Of a stretch of 64,000 bases of DNA, positions 20,856-31,493 are shown one piece after another (positions within the stretch are counted from its first letter, which is position 1; the number at the start of each line of letters is the position of its first letter). The notes below the pieces were generated by a model. It ran no database searches. It was not told the DNA's origin and saw nothing but the letters and a program-made list of their open reading frames with translations. Origin of the DNA: Bdellovibrionota bacterium (GTDB lineage Bacteria > Bdellovibrionota_C > UBA2361 > CAKMMH01); assembly GCA_050952645.1 (NCBI GenBank), contig JBMNLI010000012.1:96001-160000 (forward strand), given 5' to 3'. The position numbers were made by a program, and so were the translations under genes.

Positions 20856-23173
20856 CAATGGATGATAATAAAAGTTTGTCACTTTTAGTTTCAATTAATG
20901 ATTTATTTAAAATAGAGTCGAGCATTGCCGTGTCGAACAACTCAGAGGCTTTCAAAGCTATTGAGATTAAAACTGGAAGAAGCGTTATTGTGTCGATTTT
21001 AAAAAGAAAATTCGATGCTTATAAAGATGTTGAAGATGCAAAAGAGTTTTTAGAAAGATTAAGAAAAATAAAATCTTTAGGGAGCTACGTATCAGATTTA
21101 ATAAATTTTGGAGTTGATAAAGATGGTGTTGGGTATTCAATAAGTAAGATTACATCTACGAATTCTATTTTATCGGGGAATATAAGCTTAGGGGAAGCTA
21201 GCAGAAGATTTGAAGCTATGCTAAGTCTTATAAGAAAATTGCACAAAGAGGGTATAATTCTTGGGGATATCTCGAATGATACTTTTTATATAAGTAGAGA
21301 TGGCAATATCGGCGTTCTTGCCCTTAATGGTTCTTATCCGACTAAGAATGTTTTTTATATGACTGAAAAAAGCTATTTATTACCTAGCGAAGAAGAGCCT
21401 ATTTCAAAGGCGAGTGATATATATAGGTTTGGTATTTTATGTTATAAATTATTTTTAAATGATAGCACTGCTTATCCGTTTGATGATAATAAAAATTATA
21501 TTCCAGTTTCAATGACTAAATCTGTGCCTAGGTTTATAGATATAGCGCTTAAAACATGTCTTTCTGAAACTCCTAAAGAAAGATTTTCAGATGTAGAAGA
21601 GCTTTATAATTACATAAAGGTTGAAAAAGAAAAGTTTTCTAATATTGACGAGGAGTCTTTTAATTTATCTAATGATGAGTTTAAAAAATTAAAAGTGTTA
21701 AATGAGTTAACGCTAAGAGAAGAAAAGGATGATAAGCATAGTAAGCACGCTTTAGCATATGTAATAGGGGGAGTTTTCGTATTTTTAATTTTAATATTAT
21801 TTATGTTTTTGCATTCGAGTAAAACTAGTAATAAAAATGTCGTTATTTCTATGAGTAGTAGTCAAACTAGTAAAGATAATTTAGAAAAAAGGGAAGCACA
21901 TTTAAAAAGAATTTATGATAGTGAAGACCCCGTAACGTACGTTGCAATAGTTAATATGGCGGCTAAAGCACCTACGCCACAACAAAGAGAGTTAGTAGAA
22001 AAGTATATATTAAAAAGATTTGTTAATTATCGGTTTGATAAAATGAGTGTGGTGTTAAGGGAGTTTTTTAATGGCATTACTCAAAATATAGTTCCAGACT
22101 TTTATGAAAAATTATTATTATCATTAGATAAGAATTATCCAATAGAAAAAAGGATAACATTGTTTAAAGAGCTAGTTAGAACTAATAGGAGTTTAATAGT
22201 TAATTTTGCTTTTGCATTATCACTAGATACGAATGATACGAAAGGGTATAGGGAAATTTTTACTTATATTTTAGATGATCAATATAAAGAAGATATATCT
22301 CGAAGAACGTTTGATGCTTTAGTAATTGCTGAGTATACGGCATGGGAAAAATATAAGGATATATTAAAAGAAAAATTAAAAACGCTCTCGGATGAAGATT
22401 TAATATGGGAGCTTCAAATTTTTGTTAAAAGAAACGATATGCATTTAGGGGAGCTTATCGATTTAATTACTAAGAGAGAGCTTTTAGATAATATTCAAAC
22501 GAAATTTTTATCTCTAGTAAATGAGCTTCGTCCACCAAGGGAGATTAAAAACATTCTATTAAGTGCAGGGACTGCGAAAATTACGAGGAAAGATATAGGA
22601 ACAGTTTCAAATTGGTTAAATGTTAATAAGGTAAAAGTTTTTTATGTAATGTTGTTAGCGCTTAAAAATGATGATTTATTAAAGAGAGAAATTTTTGATG
22701 TGTTATCTCTTATAAATTTAGAGAGCGAGGCAACGAATAATTATATAAGATATGCTAAACAAAAGGAGTGGGACAATAGGGGAGATTTAGCAACTCTTAT
22801 ACCTTATATGCAAAATTACGATGATTTTTCAGATAGAGAGATTTTAGACGTTATAAAATTTAGCATAAGAAATTTAAGTACTTCTAGTAAGCAACAAGTG
22901 CTTACGCTTCTAATAAAAAATTTAGATGATAATTATAAAAAGCTAATAATGGAGAATTTTTATAATGAACTTGGCATAGGAACGCTTGTAAATTATTTAT
23001 CGTATAGTGATAAGACTATAAAAAAGATGGCTATAAAGGGGTTAAAAGAAGCTAATATAAATGATGTGATAATTTCTAACTTAATAATAAATAAATATGA
23101 GGACGAAGACGATGAGGAGTTAAGGGAGTTATATAGGGAAAGTTTTTGGTTTATAAAAAAGCGTGGGATTTAA
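20843..23173 (+). CDS. Membrane-anchored kinase-like (pseudokinase) protein with C-terminal helical/HEAT-like region
   Basis: Kinase-fold remnants LHKEGIILGDIS, SDIYRFGILCY, CLSETPKERF, but no VAIK, HRD or DFG. TM at about aa 303-324. Likely start ATG 20858. Confidence 0.7.
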   Translation: MEKITMDDNKSLSLLVSINDLFKIESSIAVSNNSEAFKAIEIKTGRSVIVSILKRKFDAYKDVEDAKEFLERLRKIKSLGSYVSDLINFGVDKDGVGYSISKITSTNSILSGNISLGEASRRFEAMLSLIRKLHKEGIILGDISNDTFYISRDGNIGVLALNGSYPTKNVFYMTEKSYLLPSEEEPISKASDIYRFGILCYKLFLNDSTAYPFDDNKNYIPVSMTKSVPRFIDIALKTCLSETPKERFSDVEELYNYIKVEKEKFSNIDEESFNLSNDEFKKLKVLNELTLREEKDDKHSKHALAYVIGGVFVFLILILFMFLHSSKTSNKNVVISMSSSQTSKDNLEKREAHLKRIYDSEDPVTYVAIVNMAAKAPTPQQRELVEKYILKRFVNYRFDKMSVVLREFFNGITQNIVPDFYEKLLLSLDKNYPIEKRITLFKELVRTNRSLIVNFAFALSLDTNDTKGYREIFTYILDDQYKEDISRRTFDALVIAEYTAWEKYKDILKEKLKTLSDEDLIWELQIFVKRNDMHLGELIDLITKRELLDNIQTKFLSLVNELRPPREIKNILLSAGTAKITRKDIGTVSNWLNVNKVKVFYVMLLALKNDDLLKREIFDVLSLINLESEATNNYIRYAKQKEWDNRGDLATLIPYMQNYDDFSDREILDVIKFSIRNLSTSSKQQVLTLLIKNLDDNYKKLIMENFYNELGIGTLVNYLSYSDKTIKKMAIKGLKEANINDVIISNLIINKYEDEDDEELRELYRESFWFIKKRGI

Positions 23174-23534
23174 GTTAGGGTGTAAAATTTTTTTGCTATT
23201 TTTCGTCCGCTATTTTTACAATTTACAAATAGTGCGTGTTTTCTAAATAATTTTTCTGACCCACCTAAAACGTAAAGAACTAAATTTTATATGTTTTTTA
23301 CGAGTTTTAGCTATAAAATTCAATAGATTATAAAAAATTTCTTAAAAATTAAACTTTTTTAGAAGCATTTTAGTTTTTTTTGTAAGATTAGTGTTTATGC
23401 GTGCTAGAAGTCTATTTTTTTAGCATTCTGGGAAAAAAGCATTGTTAAAAAAGCAATGTGTAAAAGCTAAAGCTTTTTACAAAGGTTTTTTACTAGGTTA
23501 TTGCTAGCTAAAATTTTTGCTAGTGATAATATAA

Positions 23535-23736
23535 ACAGAAACTCGAGAAACACTTTATGAGTGTGATAGGGTATTACTAATGAAAAAATAATTTTTTATG
23601 TGATGCTAATCCTTCTGATTGTATTGCAGTAGTCGGAAGTATAGGAGCGGTGCATGTAACTCAAGAGATGTTAACAATCCTAGAAAACTTAGGAGACGTG
23701 TCTTTTCGAAGGCGCTCTCTCTTTAGCGTTTTTTTT
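23535..23736 (+). ncRNA. ssrS: Probable 6S RNA
   Basis: About 190-200 nt irregular rod. TCGAGAAACAC (23543-53) pairs with GTGTCTTTTCGA (23698-709), TAGGG with TCCTA, and TATGTG-ATGCT with AGCGGT-GCATGTA. A-rich central bubble and apical TTCTGATT/AGTCGGAA stem. TGnTAATAT upstream; hairpin plus T-run downstream. Confidence 0.6.
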
Positions 23737-23923
23737 ATTTTTTTAGACTATTTTCTAGATTTTCTAAATCTTTAGAATTTTCCATAGTCTCAGGTATTAC
23801 ATACTTTTCACTCGCCCAGGCACCTAAATCGATAAGCTTACACCTTTTAGAACAAAAAGGAAGCCAGCTTAAATCTTCAATCTTACTTTCAACGATTTCT
23901 TTTTTACAATAAGGACATTTCAT
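23735..23923 (-). CDS. yacG: DNA gyrase inhibitor YacG
   Basis: CPYC...[23 protein letters not shown]. Confidence 0.93.
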   Translation of the reverse strand: MKCPYCKKEIVESKIEDLSWLPFCSKRCKLIDLGAWASEKYVIPETMENSKDLENLENSLKK

Positions 23924-23961
23924 TTTTACTAATAATTACTAATAGATAGAGCATAAACTAA

Positions 23962-23991
23962 AAAAGAGGTTAAAACTATTAACCTCCTTTC
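23962..23991 (-). terminator. Intrinsic terminator-like hairpin between 24046-24336 and yacG
   Basis: GAGGTTAA-aacta-TTAACCTC followed on the minus strand by a T-run. Confidence 0.55.
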
Positions 23992-24045
23992 TAAAAAATA
24001 ATACTTAATTTGCTATTTAAAAATATAAATAAAAAATTATATAAC

Positions 24046-24336
24046 TTAAATAGCCATCTCTTTTAAACTACATAAATCTGAACAGTCTTTCTCTCCTTGA
24101 GAAATTATAGCACGCTTTAAACTGTCAGTATCTAAATCTAAAGCTTCACATATAAACTCGAATGTTAAAGGAGTCTCTGGGTCTTGACCAAGAATCCAAA
24201 GCTTTGCTGTCTCCCTTAAATCACCCTCGCCACTTATAAAATCCGTTATTGCACGTTGCAAAACGGCAGACAATAACTTCTTTTCTGGAAGATATTGATT
24301 GTGAGAAGGAATCTCAGAATTTGACCACCCTTTCAT
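24046..24336 (-). CDS. Small hypothetical protein
   Basis: 96 aa with RBS AAGGAA. PEKKLLSAVLQRAITD...W...TFEFICEALDLD resembles a conserved uncharacterised family (from memory). Confidence 0.7.
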   Translation of the reverse strand: MKGWSNSEIPSHNQYLPEKKLLSAVLQRAITDFISGEGDLRETAKLWILGQDPETPLTFEFICEALDLDTDSLKRAIISQGEKDCSDLCSLKEMAI

Positions 24337-24814
24337 AAAAATTTTCCTTTTAAAATATAAAATTAAACTACTAAAAATCTAAAAATCATACCAATCTTGA
24401 CACTTATAAACACTCGTAAAAAACTTTAAAAAATTACACAACCCCCCCCTAAATAAATATTTTAATAAATACTTATTTAAACAAACTTTTGATTTATTAT
24501 TTTGATGCTTATTTCATAAGATACTTTTATGAAATTGCCATTTTTAAAAACTTGTAAAACTCCCTTGCTAGCAAAAAAACTAACACTAAAAAAAAGCGTT
24601 TTTAAATTTTTAAATCTGACAACCAAAAAATTAAAATATTTTTACAACTATTTAAAACAAACTTAACTATCACGGAAAAAGTGTCACTTAAAGATATTTT
24701 ATATATAAATGTTTTTATAAACTCTGCTAAAAATAAACGACTACAAAATAAACACCTTTAAGCAAATATATAAAAAAAGAATATATAAAATTAAATGAAA
24801 CCTAAATATAGAAA

Positions 24815-24960
24815 ACACTTCACAAATCAAATTGCGAATTCACACAAGCCACTAAAAGAACTTATCTTAAATTAGCTTAGCTCTTATTTTGCTTTCAATT
24901 AGCCTGTCTGAATTCACGACTTAAAGATACTTTACAACTCTCTTTCCCTTGACGACTAGA
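24815..24960 (-). ncRNA. Putative structured sRNA or 5' leader
   Basis: Sigma-70-like TTGCAC-N16-TATACT (about 24966-24993, minus) followed by an approx. 95-nt stem with several G-U pairs: GTGAATTCA/TGAATTCGC, ACAGGCTA/TGGCTTGT, ATTGAAAG/CTTTTAGT. Confidence 0.45.
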
Positions 24961-25092
24961 GATTATAGTATAACAAAAGAAAGCAAAAGTGCAAGAAAAA
25001 AATGAAAAGAATGCGAAATTTCTTTAAAAATACAAATGCCGTTCTGAAAAGTAATATTTTACTTGACTAAGCTAAAAAAATAAACTTAAATC

Positions 25093-25195
25093 CGTTCTTC
25101 ACGTTTCGTTCTTCACGTTTTTAAGGTAATTTTAAATTCTCGAAAATTAGTATCACTCACCTCGACGAAGCCAAAGAAGAAAATCTTCGCTAGCT
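25093..25195 (+). repeat. Dispersed MITE/REP-like repeat copy (duplicated left end)
   Basis: CGTTCTTCACGTTT occurs twice, then AATTAGTATCACTCACCTCGACGAAGCC. Confidence 0.85.
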
Positions 25196-25208
25196 TAAAT
25201 CTTTCTTC

Positions 25209-26186
25209 TTACTCCTTAAAACTACCATTTATCGTTAAAATTAAACTTTTCATATTCTCTGTTATCTTACTTTTGTTAGCCTTTAAAATGTTTTTAGTCT
25301 GCTTTTTTTCTTTCTTAAGTAATTTTAGTTTATTTAAAATATCTTGGTGCTCAGCCCTCATGCTTTTGCTACTTTCTTGCAATGATAAAAGCCTGCCAGT
25401 AAATACCTCATAGGCATTATTAGATTGAATAGAAACATTGCCTCCAATTTTATCTAACTCTTCTTTTAATAAGAAAAGTGAGCCAATTCCATCTTTTAAA
25501 TCTTTTAAGATAGGAAGCCCAGCTAGAACTCCGCTAGTGTAAACATCAAACTCGGTGCCTTTCTTATAAGCTGGCTTTAACGATAAAAAAAGCCCAAATT
25601 CATCTGCTAGCAATAAATGTCTTCTAGCCACTCTAGTTTTTCTTGCTTCTAAATTATCGCACTCTAAGTCTTGCTTTTCTATATTCCCATTTTCTAATTT
25701 AGATGATTTTAATAACGCCTCCGTATCGCTTACTATATCTTTAATTTTTTTAACGTTTAATATGCCTAATTTTTGAAACTCACTAGTAATATTTGCAAGC
25801 TGCTCGCTAGCTTTTTTAATATCATTTTTTTCAGCGTAAGTATTTAATAAAAAAATATCTTCTTGCAATTTTTGAGAGAAAGTCATTTGCGGAAAATTAT
25901 TTTTTTTAGCATACGAAGATAAACTAGGAATAGTAAAAAATAATTTGCTCAATATGTTATTCGATATACTAGGCTCTAGTCTACTTACACTAATTTCATA
26001 AGCACTTTTATAGTTTCCACTATTTAGAGACGATTGTAAAAGCTCAAAACTTATTTGTGATTTGAAATAATTAAGAAATGTATCGAGAAAAACCCACACG
26101 AAAGATAGCAAAAGCATGCTAACTGCCGACATGATATAACCAGATTTTAATGTTAAAGTATTATTTGAGAGTTTGTAGTAATTCAT
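25209..26186 (-). CDS. Hypothetical membrane-anchored coiled-coil protein
   Basis: 325-aa ORF with an N-terminal TM and a helical body. Confidence 0.65.
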   Translation of the reverse strand: MNYYKLSNNTLTLKSGYIMSAVSMLLLSFVWVFLDTFLNYFKSQISFELLQSSLNSGNYKSAYEISVSRLEPSISNNILSKLFFTIPSLSSYAKKNNFPQMTFSQKLQEDIFLLNTYAEKNDIKKASEQLANITSEFQKLGILNVKKIKDIVSDTEALLKSSKLENGNIEKQDLECDNLEARKTRVARRHLLLADEFGLFLSLKPAYKKGTEFDVYTSGVLAGLPILKDLKDGIGSLFLLKEELDKIGGNVSIQSNNAYEVFTGRLLSLQESSKSMRAEHQDILNKLKLLKKEKKQTKNILKANKSKITENMKSLILTINGSFKE

Positions 26187-26266
26187 TTAAATTTAATGTA
26201 TATTGTATAAAACCTTAAACTTTAAGAATTTTATCAAAATAACTGTTTAAAAACAATAGAAAAATT

Positions 26267-27586
26267 ATGCAATTAACTAGTAATAAAAACCCAAAAAATA
26301 ATAAAGAAAATAATAAAGAAAATAATAAAGAAAATAATAAAAATAAAATCGCTTTAGGAGATGATATTAGGTGCGAATTTCCAATCTTTTCTAACTACCA
26401 AACTAATAATAAATTAAAAAGACTAAGCTTCTTAGACTCGGCTGCAAGCACTCAAAAGCCTTTTTGTGTGATAGAAAGACTGAAAAATTTTTATTCATAT
26501 GAATACGCTAATATTCATAGAGGGGCTTACGATTTAAGCGCAAATGCAACCTTGAAATATGAGGAAGCAAGGAAAAAAGTTGCTAATTTTTTAGGTGCGA
26601 GCGATAGCTTTAGCATAGTTTTTACTAGGGGGACTACTGAAAGCATAAATCTAGTTTCATATTCTCTTGAAGATTATTTTAACGCTAACGATACTATTTT
26701 GCTATCTATTGCTGAACATCATAGCAATATTTTACCTTGGCAATTCCTAGCTAAAAGAAAAAACTTAAAATTAGTTTTTGCTAACGTCGATAAAAATTAC
26801 AATCTCGATATAAAAGATTTCGATAATAAAATAAAAGAATATAAGCCAAAGTTAGTGTCTATAACTATGTGTTCTAACGTTTTAGGTTCCATTTTCCCAG
26901 TAAATGAAATTCTTGAGTGTGCAAAAAAAGTAAACGCTTTAGTGCTTTTTGATGCTGCGCAGTGCGTGCCTCACAAAAAAATAGATATGCAAAAACTAGA
27001 TGTAGATTTTCTGTGTTTTAGCGGACATAAAATTTATGGGCCAACGGGAATAGGGGTTTTGTGCGCTAAAAATGAGCTTTTAAATAGAATGAAACCTTTT
27101 GAAGGTGGGGGAGAGATGATAAGCAAGGTTTCTCTTTTTAATGCCACTTATGCAGATATCCCTTATAAATTTGAAGCAGGCACTCCTGCTATTTCAGAAG
27201 CTATCGGCTTAGGAGAGGCTATAAGGTTTATTGAAAAAATAGGATTAGAAAATATCGAAACACATGAAAAAAACATTTTTGAATACGCAGTTTCAAAATT
27301 AACACGGTTAAAAGATGTTGCTATATACTCTCCTTTGCTCTCAAATGAAAATTGTGGTGTAATATCATTTAATATAAAAGGAGTACACCCTCACGATTTT
27401 GCTAGTATTGCAGATAGCTTTGGAGTGCAAATTCGTTCAGGGTTTCATTGTGCTATGCCACTTTTAAATTACTTAAAAGTAGATGCTACTAATAGGTTAA
27501 GCTTAGGTGTGTATTCAGATACGCAAGATATAGATGCTCTAATAGATGCGATAAATGAGAGCAAAAAAATTTTTAATGTATTATAA
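26267..27586 (+). CDS. sufS: Cysteine desulfurase SufS
   Basis: [51 protein letters not shown]. Confidence 0.95.
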   Translation: MQLTSNKNPKNNKENNKENNKENNKNKIALGDDIRCEFPIFSNYQTNNKLKRLSFLDSAASTQKPFCVIERLKNFYSYEYANIHRGAYDLSANATLKYEEARKKVANFLGASDSFSIVFTRGTTESINLVSYSLEDYFNANDTILLSIAEHHSNILPWQFLAKRKNLKLVFANVDKNYNLDIKDFDNKIKEYKPKLVSITMCSNVLGSIFPVNEILECAKKVNALVLFDAAQCVPHKKIDMQKLDVDFLCFSGHKIYGPTGIGVLCAKNELLNRMKPFEGGGEMISKVSLFNATYADIPYKFEAGTPAISEAIGLGEAIRFIEKIGLENIETHEKNIFEYAVSKLTRLKDVAIYSPLLSNENCGVISFNIKGVHPHDFASIADSFGVQIRSGFHCAMPLLNYLKVDATNRLSLGVYSDTQDIDALIDAINESKKIFNVL

Positions 27587-27669
27587 TACATACTAATATT
27601 AGTTTAAAAGATTTTCACGTAAAATGTAGAAAGTTTTTTTATAAAAGTTTTAAAAGAGATTTTTTTAAT

Positions 27670-28758
27670 ATGTCATTTAATAATAGCGATAGTAAAAGAA
27701 AAACATTAATTCCTAATAATGAAGATATGCAGTCTTGGAGTAGTCTATCTAGCGTAGCTTCATTAGCAGAAGATGGAAGTGAAGAAGAAAGCGGTATAAA
27801 ATCTTTAAGACCAAACGTATTTTTAGAATACATTGGGCAAGAACGAGTAAAAGAAACCGTAAAAATAGCTTGCAGTGCAGCGCTAAAAAGAGGGGATACG
27901 CTAGACCATATCTTATTTCATGGTCCCCCTGGGTTAGGAAAAACCTCCATGGCAAGGCTGATAGCTAATGAGTTAGGTGTAGGTTTTAAGACGACCTCGG
28001 GACCTGTGATAGAAAAACCTGGAGACTTAGCTGCTATATTAACGAGCTTAAATAAAAGCGATATTCTATTTATAGATGAAATTCATAGAATGCCAAGAGT
28101 AGTAGAAGAGGTGTTATATCCAGCAATGGAAGATTTTGAAATAGACATAATGATAGGAAATGGTCCCGCTGCAAAATCTATAAAAATAGATTTAAAACCT
28201 TTTACTTTAATCGGTGCGACTACTAGAACGGGGCTCTTAACTTCCCCTCTAAGAGATAGATTCGGGCTTGTTTTAAGGCTAGATTTTTATAAAATAGAGG
28301 AACTAAGAGATATAGTTTTACGCTCTGCAAAGATTCTTGCTTTAAAGATAGAGGATTTAGCCGCATTAGAAATTGCAAGGCGTTCTAGAGGCACTCCAAG
28401 AATAGCTAATAAACTTTTAAAGCGTGTAAGAGATTATGCTCAAACTAAAAATAAAGATATTATAGATAAAGAAATTGCTAAAAAAGCTTTAGATTTTTTT
28501 CAAATAGATAATATGGGACTCGATGAGATGGATAGGTATATTTTAAAGACTATTATTGAAAAGTTTTCAGGAGGCCCTGTAGGTATAGAGACGATATCTT
28601 CTGCGATAGGAGAAGAGAAAGATACTATAGAAGATGTTTATGAGCCTTTTTTAATACAAGAGGGGTTTCTAGTTCGCACTAGGCGAGGACGTATCGTAAC
28701 GGAGCTAGGATATAAACATTTAGGATTAGAGTTTCACGGTCAACTTTCATTCGTTTAA
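27670..28758 (+). CDS. ruvB: Holliday junction branch migration helicase RuvB
   Basis: [43 protein letters not shown]. Confidence 0.97.
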   Translation: MSFNNSDSKRKTLIPNNEDMQSWSSLSSVASLAEDGSEEESGIKSLRPNVFLEYIGQERVKETVKIACSAALKRGDTLDHILFHGPPGLGKTSMARLIANELGVGFKTTSGPVIEKPGDLAAILTSLNKSDILFIDEIHRMPRVVEEVLYPAMEDFEIDIMIGNGPAAKSIKIDLKPFTLIGATTRTGLLTSPLRDRFGLVLRLDFYKIEELRDIVLRSAKILALKIEDLAALEIARRSRGTPRIANKLLKRVRDYAQTKNKDIIDKEIAKKALDFFQIDNMGLDEMDRYILKTIIEKFSGGPVGIETISSAIGEEKDTIEDVYEPFLIQEGFLVRTRRGRIVTELGYKHLGLEFHGQLSFV

Positions 28759-28810
28759 TTATAAACAAAGTTAGTATTTAAATTTTGTAAAAAAGTTTAT
28801 TTAAGGCGAT

Positions 28811-31111
28811 ATGGTAACTAAAAGATTAAAATTAGCTCTTTGGTGGGAAAGGATAGAAACTCCATTAAGGCTTGCACTATTTATTTTAGGAGCATCTCTA
28901 TTTGCTCTAATAGTATACTGGGTATATTGGCAAAGACCTGAGTTCGAGATCGAAAATTTTAGTAGCAACTTAACTTTCTTTATTCTAATCAATTTAAATA
29001 TCGCATTATTATTCGTTTTTGCTTTTCTAGTAGCGAGAAATATTGTAAAACTCGTTTTTGATAGAAGACGAAACATTTTAGGTTCAAAATTAAAACAAAA
29101 ATTAATTTTTGCCTTCGGTGGTTTAACTTTAGTCCCTACGATAATTATCTTCGTTCTTTCTAGTGGTATGCTTAGCCATTCGATGGAAGAAATTTTTTCT
29201 AATAATATTTTAGAAACTATAAGTAGTGCAAACGACCTAGCACAAAGTTATTGTGAGATTATAGAAAATAATTTTGAAAATATTAGCAAAAAAATTGAAA
29301 AGAAAATAAATGATTTACATGGCGCTAATAGTGCAAAAACAATAAATAAAAATATAATAGATAATAAAAATAAAGATAATAAAAATAATAGAAAAAACAA
29401 TAATAGAAAAAACATAGAGGAGATTTTTTCTAATGTAATTGCAAGCGAGAAGATTTTTAATATTTCATTAGTCGATAAAGATAGTAATATTATTGCTAAT
29501 AGTTCTAAAGAAAATATTTTTAAAAAATATAATTTGCCATTAGATTTTAAAGCTGTAAGTGAAACGATTAGCAAAGGAGTTTCGAGATCGGTTTTTAATA
29601 ATGTTAAAGAGGCTCAAGTTATAAGATTTTATTATCCTATAAAATTAAATGGAGTAAGTTATGGCATAGTTTTAATGGGGCTGTTAGATGAGAATATAAA
29701 TAAGGCGTTGCTCAAAGTAGAAGAAACGTATAATGAATATCAAAATTTACTATTTCATAAAAATCCAATTCGTTCGAGTTATTTGTTAACTCTTGCTATG
29801 ATGACTATGCTTATTTTATTTGCTGCTATTTGGATCGCATTTTATATCGCAAAAGAGATTACTATACCGATAGAAAAATTAGCTAATGCTACAAAGCAAG
29901 TAGCACTTGGAGATTACGATTGTTCTATAAAAATAATAGGGGATGATGAGCTTTCATATTTAAGCCGTTCATTTAACACGATGCTTTCCGATTTAAAGCA
30001 ATCGAAAAATGAAACTGAAAGACATAGGCTTTTTATGGAAACGGTTCTTTCAAATTTAGCGGTAGGAGTTATAACGCTAGACAAAAACAGGAAGCTTATA
30101 GCTGTAAACTCCGCAGCTAGCGATATTTTAAGTATAAAATCGGGAGTTCATGATGGGACTAAGTCGTTAAATGATATATTTGATAAACATATAGCAGATA
30201 AACTTATAAATTTATTAAACGATGCATCGCTTATTTTAGATGAGTTTAGCGCAGGTATGACCGATACTGAGTTTACTATAAGGGCAGAGGGGAGGGAATA
30301 TCAAATAGTATGCACGGCAGGAGCTATAGTCGATAATGTAGGAGATACGCTAGGAAGTGTTTTAATTTTTGATGACGTTACGGATTTATCTCATGCACAA
30401 AAAATGGCGGCTTGGAGAGAGGTTGCAAGACGTATAGCACATGAAATTAAAAACCCACTTACTCCTATAAAATTATCTGCACAGAGAATTAAAGGGAACG
30501 CCACAAAGGATAATCTTCCAAAGCTTTACGAAGAAAGCTCTACGATGATAGTTGAGCAGGTAGAAATTATTAAAAGACTTATAGATGAGTTTTCAAATTT
30601 TGCAAGAATGCCAACCTCTTCGTTTGAAAGGGTAGATGTAGTTTCATTTTTAAAAGAGATTATTAGTTCATTTTCAGAAAATAATAGTGATATAGAGTTT
30701 ATATCAGATTTTGAAGAAAACGAGTTAGAGGTTTCGATAGATGTAGGGCAGATGAGATTAGTTCTTTTAAACTTATTTGAAAATGCTATGCAAGCTTTAA
30801 GAAATGGGAAAGTAAGTAATCCTAAAATACACGTTAAACTATCTTATTTAAAAAAGATAAAATCTTTTTCCATAGAGGTAGCGGATAATGGTCCTGGAAT
30901 TTCCGATTTCGATAAGACGAGAATTTTTGAGCCTTATTTTACGACTAAAGAAACTGGCACTGGTTTAGGCTTAGCTATCGTTACCTCTGTAATCTCAGAC
31001 CATAGAGGACGAATAAGAACGTTTGATAATAAACCTAAAGGCGCTAAATTTATTATTACGCTTCCAATTTTTCAATCCGACGCTAAGACTAAGACTCAGA
31101 GATTTAATTAG
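28811..31111 (+). CDS. ntrY: NtrY-like sensor histidine kinase (HAMP-PAS-HisKA-HATPase)
   Basis: AWREVARRIAHEIKNPLTPIKLSAQR, EFSNFARMP, DNGPG, FEPYFTTK, GTGLGL. Confidence 0.88.
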   Translation: MVTKRLKLALWWERIETPLRLALFILGASLFALIVYWVYWQRPEFEIENFSSNLTFFILINLNIALLFVFAFLVARNIVKLVFDRRRNILGSKLKQKLIFAFGGLTLVPTIIIFVLSSGMLSHSMEEIFSNNILETISSANDLAQSYCEIIENNFENISKKIEKKINDLHGANSAKTINKNIIDNKNKDNKNNRKNNNRKNIEEIFSNVIASEKIFNISLVDKDSNIIANSSKENIFKKYNLPLDFKAVSETISKGVSRSVFNNVKEAQVIRFYYPIKLNGVSYGIVLMGLLDENINKALLKVEETYNEYQNLLFHKNPIRSSYLLTLAMMTMLILFAAIWIAFYIAKEITIPIEKLANATKQVALGDYDCSIKIIGDDELSYLSRSFNTMLSDLKQSKNETERHRLFMETVLSNLAVGVITLDKNRKLIAVNSAASDILSIKSGVHDGTKSLNDIFDKHIADKLINLLNDASLILDEFSAGMTDTEFTIRAEGREYQIVCTAGAIVDNVGDTLGSVLIFDDVTDLSHAQKMAAWREVARRIAHEIKNPLTPIKLSAQRIKGNATKDNLPKLYEESSTMIVEQVEIIKRLIDEFSNFARMPTSSFERVDVVSFLKEIISSFSENNSDIEFISDFEENELEVSIDVGQMRLVLLNLFENAMQALRNGKVSNPKIHVKLSYLKKIKSFSIEVADNGPGISDFDKTRIFEPYFTTKETGTGLGLAIVTSVISDHRGRIRTFDNKPKGAKFIITLPIFQSDAKTKTQRFN

Positions 31112-31126
31112 AGAAGATTTTTTTGG

Positions 31127-31388
31127 CTCTTCACGTTTTGAGTGGGTTAGAGTCTATCTTCTAATGTAAATTGACAAAATTATTTTATAAAACTGTTGTT
31201 GTTTTATTAAAATAATAGTTAATTTTATTGGTAAAAATAAACATTAGAGTTGTTAGGAAAAGTTATCCATAACTGATAGCAAGACCGAGCAATTAAAAGC
31301 TAAAGGTCAGGCTGTGGATAACTTTCACAAAGACCTTACTAACAAAAATGGTGTCTTATTTCTCTCAACCCACTTAAAATGTGAAGAA
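31127..31388. mobile_element. MITE-like element with terminal inverted repeats and an internal hairpin
   Basis: CTCTTCACGTTTTGAGTGGGTTAGAG ... CTCTCAACCCACTTAAAATGTGAAGA; same terminal motif as the dispersed family; no ORF. Confidence 0.6.
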
Positions 31389-31493
31389 GAGCTTAATTTA
31401 ATAATCCGTGAATCTATTTTTTATGTGATAGAAGGTCGTTTGATAATGCTCAAATATGTTTCTGATTGATTGTTAGTTAATTCAAAAAAATAG

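Noticed and set aside
31263..31321. oriC suggested by two DnaA-box-like 9-mers
   Set aside because: Only two boxes, which form the arms of a hairpin inside a TIR element; no dnaA/dnaN/gidA context.
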